In this document: positions 30,792-39,307 of the stretch, one piece after another
How the letters are laid out: every line of letters begins with the position of its first letter
Numbering within the stretch: position 1 is the first letter of the stretch
Assembly: GCA_002840365.1 (NCBI GenBank)
Contig: PHAO01000001.1
Location: 168,647 to 232,646 of the forward strand
DNA length: 64,000 bases
Direction: 5' to 3'
DNA from: Candidatus Dojkabacteria bacterium HGW-Dojkabacteria-1
GTDB taxonomy: Bacteria > Patescibacteriota > Dojkabacteria > SC72
Made by a program: the position numbers and the translations under genes
The notes under the pieces: generated by a model
What the model saw: only the letters and a program-made list of their open reading frames with translations
Database searches by the model: none
Told to the model about the DNA's origin: nothing

Positions 30792-30932
30792 CTATTTAGT
30801 TCTTTTTTTTCTTTTTTCTCTTTGTGACAACGCACTTCCTGCGACAGATTTTGTTTTTTTTGTGGTTCTCTTATTTCTAAGCAGTGAAGATGCTTTCTTT
30901 GCAACTTTCTTACTGGTTACTTTTCTAGCCAT
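30792..30932 (-). CDS. 46-aa highly basic small protein (not in ORF track)
   Basis: MARKVTSKKVAKKASSLLRNKRTTKKTKSVAGSALSQREKRKKRTK; first gene after a consensus promoter. Confidence 0.7.
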   Translation of the reverse strand: MARKVTSKKVAKKASSLLRNKRTTKKTKSVAGSALSQREKRKKRTK

Positions 30933-30961
30933 ATCTATGATTCAAATAAAATTATATTTAG

Positions 30962-30990
30962 ATTTTACCGGTGTCAAATATATTTGTCAA
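30962..30990 (-). promoter_or_regulatory. sigma70 promoter with overlapping palindromic operator
   Basis: TTGACA (30990-30985), 17 nt, TAAAAT (30967-30962); palindrome CAAATATATTTG at 30975-30986. Confidence 0.7.
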
Positions 30991-31442
30991 TACATATGTA
31001 AAGAATGTTGACTTTCATTTATACTTATATGTTTAAATAAGGAAGCTCAAAAAGGAACTTCCACTTATACTCAAACTCTTTAACAAATGAAATAATGCTA
31101 TCAATGAAAGGGAGAATCCGTTCGTACATAGTACGATCACCCCGACCATTTCCATTACTAAGGGTCTAGGAATATATTTCACAATGTTTTGTATCTTTGA
31201 TATTGTAGAACTTGTCTTCTCTTAATTTCAGTACTACCAGAATATGAAAAAAGACTTCAATGACAAAGTTTTAGAATACCTTTTAATATTTTCCATATGT
31301 TTTGTATTAATTACTCTCTTCTTTGTTCTTTTTGATTTAAACAAGGGAGTAGAGAGTGTGAAGGGTGTTATGAAAAGAGTAGTGTTAAATATCGAAGGAA
31401 CAAAAAGTTCAGAAGAAGGAATATAGGTGATATAATTGGGGC

Positions 31443-32069
31443 ATGTCAGATTTACAAGATCCAATACAATCACAACTTTGGGATAGGGTTCAAGAAATAA
31501 AAAGAGATGTTTACGAGGGAAAGACTAACTCCCCAGAAGAAAGGGCTATTGCTTGGAGAGTAGCAGAAAGTGAAGGAGATAGTTTTGTTGTAGAGAAAAT
31601 AAAGGGGGATGTACGTTTGCCAAAAGATAGGTTTGAGTTGGCTGATAAGTTTCTTTCAGAAGCAAAAGAAACCGAAGATGAACTAGCACAGGAGGGTATT
31701 GAATTAAGACCTGTTTCTAGAGACACAAAAGAGTACATGATAGAGGGTTTATTAATGGGTATTACTGAGTATAAGGAAAATAATAATCCTCATGAATTAG
31801 CACATAGACTTTCTACTATTCTAAGTATTGTTTCTCGAGCTGCAGAAGGAGTAGGTTTTGGCAACTATGCTAGCGATTATGGTGATTTAGGTGCTACATA
31901 TCTCTCAAAGAGACAAGTGAAAGAGCTTTGTGAACAAGTAAACTTTATAGCACTCTTTGGTTTTGTACATGTTATGAACAAAGGTTCTGAAGAAAATATT
32001 TCTGTGTATGAGGAACAAAAAGCAACTCTTAAAGCAATAAACTCTGTTTCTGAGAGTATAGTTTTGTAA
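31443..32069 (+). CDS. hypothetical protein
   Basis: 208-aa ORF; TGaTATAAT 6 nt before ATG. Confidence 0.7.
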   Translation: MSDLQDPIQSQLWDRVQEIKRDVYEGKTNSPEERAIAWRVAESEGDSFVVEKIKGDVRLPKDRFELADKFLSEAKETEDELAQEGIELRPVSRDTKEYMIEGLLMGITEYKENNNPHELAHRLSTILSIVSRAAEGVGFGNYASDYGDLGATYLSKRQVKELCEQVNFIALFGFVHVMNKGSEENISVYEEQKATLKAINSVSESIVL

Positions 32070-32184
32070 GAAATTTCATTTGTAAATATGTTGTTGACTC
32101 CCACCCCTTGTTTTGTCTTCTACCTAGATTCAGGTAAACAAGAGGTGGGAGTGTCTGACAACACACCGATAGGTTAATTAGGCT

Positions 32185-33099
32185 CTACGGGGCTAATAAC
32201 TGGAATGGTGGGGTGAACGAGTCACATCCAACGGGGTCAATAGTGTACCCTTTTCCAGCTAAGTCCTTGGGGACATTTCTCATGGTCTCGAACGACTTGC
32301 CACCGTAGCCATAGGCTTCGGGGCCTGACGGACCAAATTGCCACCAACTAAGGTTCCCGCGAGGGATCCCCGTTGCACTGTAATTTGTACCAGCCCATAC
32401 TAAATATCGGAGAACTTGATTCCCACTCTTAAGTGCATAGCATACCACTTTCTTAATGGGGTCTTGCTCGTTAGGATCTGGCGGCCACCGGTTTTTCAAG
32501 TCAGCAAACACCTGTGTTGCTACATTCGAGCTTCCTGCAACAACGGTATGTGCTTCCTTGTGTTCTGGGCTTACCGGTATATACCCTAGCACTGATGCCC
32601 ATAAGGCCAAGGCGGCACTCAGGTCCATTGGATTATCGTAATATATTGCACCAACAGGTACATTTGCAGTATATACGACATACCCAACGGTTAGGGTTCC
32701 CCAGACAATAAGGGCCAAGACATCGGCTGGACCAGGGGCAGGACTATCCATTACACCAACGGCAGCACCGATGGGCATGACAGCGATTCCTGCTTCTTGC
32801 CAGTTGATGGGCTTGTATAGATAGTACACTTGCAGTCCATCAACGTCTTCTTGCAGTGTTGGGGGAGTTTGAATCCTAACAGGAGTGGGAGTAGTAATAA
32901 CCTTCCCTTCACTTGTAGTTATCGATCCCCCCGCAGGAACAATTGTTGCCTCGGCACTTGCCTGTGCTAGAGGCTGGTTTGAACTATCCGGAATTGCAAC
33001 AGGTTGCGCAACCGGTTGAGTATTCACCCCAGAGGGTGGCGTCGAGCAAGCAGCAAGCATTGCAACGACAAGGACATAAACTACCAGCTTTCTAAACAT
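32185..33099 (-). CDS. GC-rich lipoprotein, possible effector/toxin-like
   Basis: Lipobox MLAAC, Pro/Thr-rich linker, DSPAPGPAD + hydrophobic helix; SD AAGGAG; about 50% GC. Confidence 0.8.
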   Translation of the reverse strand: MFRKLVVYVLVVAMLAACSTPPSGVNTQPVAQPVAIPDSSNQPLAQASAEATIVPAGGSITTSEGKVITTPTPVRIQTPPTLQEDVDGLQVYYLYKPINWQEAGIAVMPIGAAVGVMDSPAPGPADVLALIVWGTLTVGYVVYTANVPVGAIYYDNPMDLSAALALWASVLGYIPVSPEHKEAHTVVAGSSNVATQVFADLKNRWPPDPNEQDPIKKVVCYALKSGNQVLRYLVWAGTNYSATGIPRGNLSWWQFGPSGPEAYGYGGKSFETMRNVPKDLAGKGYTIDPVGCDSFTPPFQLLAP

Positions 33100-33364
33100 G
33101 GATACTCCTTATTTGAACGATAGTGTGTGTTGTCAAAGAACAGAAATCATTATACTATAGGTTGGTACGATTCTCAATTGTTAATATATCTAAATATCTA
33201 TAGTTTTGAATACTCTTCTATCAGCTTATAGTCCTAAGTGCTAAATTAGAATTTCGCCTTGTTAAAGGTTTGTAGTTGATATCAATGAATCAATATAGCT
33301 TATCTATAACTTAAAAATGCTAGGAATATACACTTAATGTATATATCATATAGTTATAAATAAA

Positions 33365-33787
33365 TTGTCATGTATTACTAATATGACAAACAAAGAAAGA
33401 GTAGTTATGCTCTCAATTTTCATTTCAGTATTTGGGTTTTCGCTTTTTAATGCCTTTAATCCTTTACAACAGGAAGTAGGTGTACCTAAGTTTGTTGTAG
33501 CATCAGAATATATCACTAAAGTACCTCTTTCAGAAGAAGAGTATGTATATGATTACAATTTTGATGTAGATAGGCAGTACAGTAGATTTGATTCAAACAA
33601 ATCTAAGATGGTTAATATGTTAAGTATTACACTGGGAATACCAACGGATGAAGTACAGGAAGCATTGGATGGAGGAGTAAGGCCAGGCGAGATGTTAGCA
33701 AGTAATGGTATTTTACTTTCTGACTTAGCTGAGGATTTCAACTTTGAAATCATTGGTGAAAGAGGATTAGTAAGGTTTCTTAGTTGA
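33365..33787 (+). CDS. hypothetical membrane-anchored protein
   Basis: N-terminal TM, 140 aa (start may be ATG 33383). Confidence 0.65.
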   Translation: MSCITNMTNKERVVMLSIFISVFGFSLFNAFNPLQQEVGVPKFVVASEYITKVPLSEEEYVYDYNFDVDRQYSRFDSNKSKMVNMLSITLGIPTDEVQEALDGGVRPGEMLASNGILLSDLAEDFNFEIIGERGLVRFLS

Positions 33788-33848
33788 GTAAATTAGTGAT
33801 ATTTGGTATAAATAGAGAGTAATAACGCCTTGCGTCATACGACGAATT

Positions 33849-33875
33849 AAAACCGGCCAACTAGGTCGGTTTTTT
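33849..33875 (+). terminator. intrinsic terminator-like hairpin
   Basis: aaaaccggcc-aacta-ggtcggtttttt. Confidence 0.7.
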
Positions 33876-33881
33876 GTTAAA

Positions 33882-34033
33882 TCGACCAACAACCTTTGTA
33901 CTAGTGAATCGCTAGTACGAAGTACTAAAGAAAAGACGTTTTCTTTAGTCAAACAACTGGTCGGGCAGTGTGAAGGTAACTTCCACTGATATGGAATACG
34001 TAGCAAGAACGGATTCCATTTCCCGACGGTTGA
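33882..34033 (+). ncRNA. candidate structured RNA of unknown family
   Basis: Four hairpins plus closing helices; GTAA tetraloop and G-U pairs favour the + strand. Confidence 0.5.
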
Positions 34034-34085
34034 TATATTCTCTGATTTTTGAAAAAATGGGATATATAAATTAAGAAACTAGAAT

Positions 34086-34289
34086 ATGAAAGTTTCAATA
34101 GACCCAACAAAGTGTATCGCATGTGGTTCATGTGTCGCTATCTGTCCTGAAGTATTTGAAATGAAAGAGGATGGAACCGTAGATGTGAAATCAGAGTGGA
34201 AGGGAAAGGATATTCCTGAAGAATTAAGAGCAAAGGTTATAGAAGCACATGATATGTGTCCTGTAACTGCCATCGTTATTGAAGATTAA
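34086..34289 (+). CDS. ferredoxin (single 4Fe-4S cluster type)
   Basis: CIACGSCVAICPEVF...CPVTAI. Confidence 0.92.
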   Translation: MKVSIDPTKCIACGSCVAICPEVFEMKEDGTVDVKSEWKGKDIPEELRAKVIEAHDMCPVTAIVIED

Positions 34290-34293
34290 ATAT

Positions 34294-34884
34294 ATGTCTA
34301 AACATCAAGAGAAGATTCTCTGTATACAAAGTGACAAGCTTTTTTCGCTTGGGAAGTGGAATGGTCTTCAGACAGAGAATTTAGATAAATATCTAGAGAT
34401 TCTGAAAGAAGAAAGTGAATTCAGAGTAAGGGCCGAATTAGAAGAAGACCCTTCATACAAGCAGGTTATTGCACAGGTAGTACTTAGATACAAAGACAAG
34501 TACTTTTTACACAAACAGGTAAACAGAACAGAAGAAAGACTAAACTCTCTTTGTCCACTACCACTGGGAGGACATATAGAGGAGTTTGATATTGTAAAAG
34601 GTAAGGATATTTTTGAGATAGCGTTGGATAGGGAATTACATGAAGAAGCTGATGTTAAGTCTAAAATTGTTAAGAAAGATTTTCTTGGTCTTGTATATAT
34701 TGAGGATGAAAATCCTGTTAACCATGTTCATGTAGGATTGTTCTACATATATGATTTAGATGGTAGCGATGTACATATTAGAGAAGAGGGTTTAGAAGAT
34801 ATTGGGTTTGTAAGTTTAGAATATCTTAAAACTAACAAAGAGACTTTAACCTTTTGGAGTAGAGTAGTAATATATCATCTTTAA
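34294..34884 (+). CDS. NUDIX-family phosphoesterase (YmaB-like)
   Basis: EEDPSYKQVI, GGHI, RELHEE, VHVG. Confidence 0.82.
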   Translation: MSKHQEKILCIQSDKLFSLGKWNGLQTENLDKYLEILKEESEFRVRAELEEDPSYKQVIAQVVLRYKDKYFLHKQVNRTEERLNSLCPLPLGGHIEEFDIVKGKDIFEIALDRELHEEADVKSKIVKKDFLGLVYIEDENPVNHVHVGLFYIYDLDGSDVHIREEGLEDIGFVSLEYLKTNKETLTFWSRVVIYHL

Positions 34885-34888
34885 AACA

Positions 34889-35302
34889 ATGGAAGATTGT
34901 ATATTTTGTAAAATAGTGAGGGAAGAAATACCTTGTTACAAGACATATGAGGATGAGAATGTAATAGCTTTTTTGGATATATTACCCTTGAGTAAGGGTC
35001 ATACATTAGTAGTACCCAAAAAACACTTCAAAGATATACTTGAAATATCAGATGAAGAGTTGTGTACTACTATGAAAGCATTGAAAAAGATAACGGACCA
35101 TATACAGAGGATTTATAAGCCGGAGGGAATTGTTATTAGACAAAACAATGGAGAAAAGGCAGGACAGTCAGTATTTCATATCCATTTTCATATTAAGCCA
35201 GTATACAATGGTACGACAGTAGTCTCTGAGGTTAATCATAGGAGGGAATATTCGAAAGAAGAGATGGAAAGTATAGTAAAGGATTTAAATATGCTTAATT
35301 AG
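34889..35302 (+). CDS. HIT family hydrolase
   Basis: DCIFCKI, GHTLVVPK, HIHFH. Confidence 0.93.
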   Translation: MEDCIFCKIVREEIPCYKTYEDENVIAFLDILPLSKGHTLVVPKKHFKDILEISDEELCTTMKALKKITDHIQRIYKPEGIVIRQNNGEKAGQSVFHIHFHIKPVYNGTTVVSEVNHRREYSKEEMESIVKDLNMLN

Positions 35303-36137
35303 AGAAAAAATCTAATATATCTTCCATATACTGCGTATCAACATCCCAATGGGTTTTACCTTGTAAGGTAACAAGCGTTATTTCTTTTCCAAACCTATTC
35401 ATCGTATTTACAAAATTAACAGAGGTGGAATATGGAACATTTATATCTGCATTACCATGCCATATCTTTATCTCTATCCCTTTAATCTTGTCTACTCTAG
35501 CCTGATTCCATTCAGAAGCTCTAGTTGTTGGAGCAAGTAGGGCTATCTTTGATACCATCTCAGGATTCTCAGAGGCAAAATTCATTGTAGGTAGACCTCC
35601 CATACTAAAACCAATCAAATATATGTTAGGTTTAATATCATAGTTTTGCATTACCCACTGTTTTAGATTGAGAGTATCTCTTACAGAAGCTTGATTACCC
35701 CAGTTAACTCCATGTTGATTTGATGCTGCAAAGATATAGTTATGTTGAGTAAAGAAGATACCATATTCAAGAAGATCTTTCATAAATTGATCTTCCATAT
35801 TCTGTGTTACATTGGTATTTGAACCATGGCTGTATATTATCAATGTTGGAGGATTTTTTGAATCAATCTTTGTTGGTACAACTACATATGCCTGTTCGTT
35901 ATCGATAATGGGGAAAAATTCCTCATACAGAGGTCCTTTTGCAATATCTTCTTCTACAAGATTCTCCTGCTCTACTTCAATATTTTCCGTTTGTGGAGAT
36001 TCCTCATTTGCTTTTGTATCTACAAGGAATACCTTGTAACAAAGGTAGGCTGGTATGGCAAGTAGAAGTACAAGTACTATGAAGAGTAGTATGTTTATTA
36101 AAACATCTTTTATCTTGTTATCCATATATTGCCCCAC
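35295..36137 (-). CDS. membrane-anchored alpha/beta hydrolase
   Basis: HGS, GFSMGG, HGNADINVP, terminal His. Confidence 0.85.
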   Translation of the reverse strand: MGQYMDNKIKDVLINILLFIVLVLLLAIPAYLCYKVFLVDTKANEESPQTENIEVEQENLVEEDIAKGPLYEEFFPIIDNEQAYVVVPTKIDSKNPPTLIIYSHGSNTNVTQNMEDQFMKDLLEYGIFFTQHNYIFAASNQHGVNWGNQASVRDTLNLKQWVMQNYDIKPNIYLIGFSMGGLPTMNFASENPEMVSKIALLAPTTRASEWNQARVDKIKGIEIKIWHGNADINVPYSTSVNFVNTMNRFGKEITLVTLQGKTHWDVDTQYMEDILDFFSN

Positions 36138-36240
36138 CTACTTTAGTATATCATACACTTCAAGAATTGACATACTTAGGTAATTGAAATATCATAATAT
36201 TCAATTGCCCTCGAATTAATATATTAAACGTTTTCCAATT

Positions 36241-36993
36241 ATGCCTAAAGAGAAGAAGCAAAAAGCACAAGAGAGTGATGAAATTGTACTTAATTTAGAC
36301 TCTTTTGTAGTACCTCTCTCAATTGTTCTTGCAGGTATTATCATTGCAGCTGCAATCTTTTTCACTAACAACAAGAGTGGTAATCCAAGTGTAGATGGAA
36401 ACAACAACCCAAGTAATCCTGCACAAGAAGAATTTCCTGCTGCTGAGACAACAATTAGTGATGCACCTTTCCTTGGTGACAAAAGTAAAGCAAAGGTAGC
36501 AATTGTAGAATTTACAGACTATCAATGTCCTTACTGTCAAAGACATGATCAAGAAACTAAGAGTCAATTGATACAGGAGTATGTAGATACAGGAAAAGCA
36601 ATATATGTATTTAGAGAATTTCCATTGGATTTCCATGGTCAATTAGCAATTGATAGTGCAAATGCAGCACTTTGTGTAAATGAGATTGGTGGAATAAGTA
36701 AATTTGTTGAATATCACTCTAAGGCCTTTATGGTTGCGGATACAGATGCTTTAAGCAAAGCAGCTCAAGACATGGGAATAGATATGAATAAATATAATAC
36801 ATGTATGGCAGAGAACAGGTATAAGGATAAGATAGACCAAGGTCTTTCAGATGGTATGAAAGCTGGTGTACAAGGTACTCCAGGATTTGTAATAGGTGTA
36901 TTGGATAAAGATGGGAATGTTAAAGGTAAGTTAATTGCTGGAGCATATCCATTTGCATCATTTGATGAGATTCTTAAAGAATATCTTAAGTAA
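36241..36993 (+). CDS. DsbA-family thioredoxin
   Basis: DYQCPYC, GVQGTPGF. Confidence 0.9.
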   Translation: MPKEKKQKAQESDEIVLNLDSFVVPLSIVLAGIIIAAAIFFTNNKSGNPSVDGNNNPSNPAQEEFPAAETTISDAPFLGDKSKAKVAIVEFTDYQCPYCQRHDQETKSQLIQEYVDTGKAIYVFREFPLDFHGQLAIDSANAALCVNEIGGISKFVEYHSKAFMVADTDALSKAAQDMGIDMNKYNTCMAENRYKDKIDQGLSDGMKAGVQGTPGFVIGVLDKDGNVKGKLIAGAYPFASFDEILKEYLK

Positions 36994-37009
36994 GATATAT
37001 TTAGAGATT

Positions 37010-37040
37010 AAAAAAGGGAGCGTAAGCTCCCTTTTCTTTT
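37010..37040. terminator. bidirectional intrinsic terminator
   Basis: aaaagggagc-gtaa-gctccctttt. Confidence 0.85.
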
Positions 37041-37054
37041 TACATATTCCTTAG

Positions 37055-38176
37055 TTATTTCTTCTTCTTTACATCCTTACAAGCTTGGAAAGCATCATAT
37101 TTCATTCTAACTACAGCTCCTACAGTAACCATACTCAAAGTTAATGAGTAAAGTCCTCCAATAAATGGAATTAGTTTAATAATGACGGTTATCAATCTCC
37201 CTACAAGAAGTGAAAGGAACCTCCTCTCATCTTTCTGCTTTGCTAAAGTAAGTACTTTGTGACCTACTGCTGTTTCTGTCCAAAGAGTACCAAATGTTAC
37301 TAAAAATACTAAGATTGCTGTAATTAAGAATGCTAATGGTGCTCCTACAAGTGTTAGAACTAAGATGAATAGTGGGAGTGGTATTGCAAAGAGTACTACT
37401 AATCCAATCGCAAAACTCTTAAGTAAATCTTCCCATGATGTTGTAATCTTTCTCTCTATCGCTAATGTCTTTACTGGTGCTGCATAGATAAGGAGTAAAC
37501 CTACAATATACATTCCTACAAAGCCTACCATTGCTAATCCTAAGTTAAATCCTAGGAAGTCACCTTTTCTAAATTCAAACTTTGGTGCATCTATTACCTT
37601 ACTTTCTTTTGTTGAAACTACTAACTCTCCAGTTACCTTCTCTTCTGCAATGTTAAAGCTTTCACTTGAGATTAAGAAATCACCAGCTACAGAAGCATCA
37701 GAAGAAAGCTGACCTGTTGTTACTCTTACATCGTCTCCAACACTCCCAGCTATCTTTGTTGTACCAGAGGCAATATTAAGGTCTTTACCAATATTTGCAT
37801 CAATATCTACCATCATACTTCCTACATATACATTCTGTCCTAGTGTTCCTTTAAGGCTTACATTTGAACCAAATGCAAATACATTTCCATATATACTACC
37901 TGCAATGCTTACGGTATTACCAAATGCATACAAATCCCCTGTGACCGTTCCATCTACTGTTACATTTTGACCAAAGATAACTAAATCTCCATCTACTACT
38001 CCTCTTACCATTACATTGTCTCCTGCTACATACAAATCATCCTCAACAATGGATTCTGTTTCTAATATGTAATCTCCTTTTTCAAACTGTGCAGCATATG
38101 CACCAAAAGGAAATACAGCCGCAAGAAGTATTGCTAAGAGAGGAAGTAAAAGTAACTTACCCTTTAATTTAAACAT
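37055..38176 (-). CDS. bactofilin-like beta-helix membrane protein
   Basis: Repeated G.V.GDL..G..V motifs plus C-terminal TMs. Confidence 0.8.
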   Translation of the reverse strand: MFKLKGKLLLLPLLAILLAAVFPFGAYAAQFEKGDYILETESIVEDDLYVAGDNVMVRGVVDGDLVIFGQNVTVDGTVTGDLYAFGNTVSIAGSIYGNVFAFGSNVSLKGTLGQNVYVGSMMVDIDANIGKDLNIASGTTKIAGSVGDDVRVTTGQLSSDASVAGDFLISSESFNIAEEKVTGELVVSTKESKVIDAPKFEFRKGDFLGFNLGLAMVGFVGMYIVGLLLIYAAPVKTLAIERKITTSWEDLLKSFAIGLVVLFAIPLPLFILVLTLVGAPLAFLITAILVFLVTFGTLWTETAVGHKVLTLAKQKDERRFLSLLVGRLITVIIKLIPFIGGLYSLTLSMVTVGAVVRMKYDAFQACKDVKKKK

Positions 38177-38294
38177 TGCTCTTTGTCCTTAAAGTTATAT
38201 CTACTTCTAATATATCACAATGGAAAAGAGGAGTGTATATATTTTGGATTACTTTTTGGGGTATAATGGGGGCGTAAATTTACTTGTATTAGAG

Positions 38295-39242
38295 ATGAAA
38301 TTAATCATATATATGCCTGCTTTAAATGAACAGGAGGGTATTGCAGAAGTAATCAAATCATTACCAAAAGAGATAGAGGGTATAGAGGAGATTAAGGTAT
38401 TAGTTGTAGATGATGGTAGTACAGATGATACAGCAAAGATTGCAAAAGAAAGTGGTGCAGAGGTAGTAAGTCATGCTGTTAACAAGGGTGTAGGAAGAGC
38501 ATTTCAAAGTGCAGTACAGTATGCACTAGAAAAAGGTGGAGATATATTGGTAAGTATTGATGCTGATAGGCAGTTTAATAGTGAGCAAATACCTCATATC
38601 ATCCAACCTATACTTAACAACAAAGCAGATATGGTTACTGGTAATAGGTTTGAGAAGGGTATTCCTTTGAATATGCCAAAGAGTAAGTATTGGGGTAATG
38701 CTCAGATGTCTAAACTAATATCTTTAATTACTGGTCAAAGGTTTAGGGATGTGTCTTGTGGTTTTAGAGCATACAACAGAGAAGCATTACTTAGGTTAAA
38801 TCTTTTTGGTGCTTTTACATATACACAGGAGAGTATATTAGATATGGTATTTAAGGGTTTAAGGGTAGTAGAATTTCCAGTAGAGGTTATATATTTCCCA
38901 CAGAGGAAATCTAGGGTAGCTGGTAGTATTGTTAGGTACGCTTTTGGTACCTTAAATATTATTTTAAGTACATTAAGAGATTACAAGCCTATGGTTTTCT
39001 TCGGTGGTATTGGTGGTATATTAATATTCATTGGTTTAGTTATGGAGATTTTTTTAGGTATTCACTTTTTACTATCTGGAGATTTTACTCCTTTTAAGTT
39101 TGTTGGTTTTACTGGGTTTGCATTTTTAGTATTTGGATTACTTTTAGTAATAGTTGGAATGTTAGCAAATATGTTTAACAGAGTAAGAGTAAATCAAGAA
39201 AAGATACTGTATGAGTTAAAGAAAGAGAGGTATGAGGATTGA
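38295..39242 (+). CDS. GT2 glycosyltransferase (DPM synthase-like, 2 C-terminal TMs)
   Basis: MPALNE, VDDGSTD, DAD, DVSCGFRAY. Confidence 0.88.
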   Translation: MKLIIYMPALNEQEGIAEVIKSLPKEIEGIEEIKVLVVDDGSTDDTAKIAKESGAEVVSHAVNKGVGRAFQSAVQYALEKGGDILVSIDADRQFNSEQIPHIIQPILNNKADMVTGNRFEKGIPLNMPKSKYWGNAQMSKLISLITGQRFRDVSCGFRAYNREALLRLNLFGAFTYTQESILDMVFKGLRVVEFPVEVIYFPQRKSRVAGSIVRYAFGTLNIILSTLRDYKPMVFFGGIGGILIFIGLVMEIFLGIHFLLSGDFTPFKFVGFTGFAFLVFGLLLVIVGMLANMFNRVRVNQEKILYELKKERYED

Positions 39243-39307
39243 AAAGAGGAGATTACTGATATATAGTATCGGATAAGCTAAATAATATTACTAAATAATA
39301 ATTATTC

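Larger units (their letters stand above)
26122..31148. mobile_element. tRNA-Pro-integrated genomic islet (defence/TA cargo, no integrase)
   Basis: tcaccccgacca at 26122-26133 (tRNA 3' end) repeated at 31137-31148; cargo is nucleases and TA genes, visibly richer in CG dinucleotides. Confidence 0.75.

Noticed and set aside
31244-31426. 60-aa single-TM ORF right of the island
   Set aside because: Plausible but no motif or clear start signal; not enough support to call.
33767-34131. Short - strand ORFs over the structured region; matches to c-di-AMP riboswitch, group I intron, SRP or tmRNA
   Set aside because: The ORFs lack coding features, and only short scattered words resemble those RNA consensuses.
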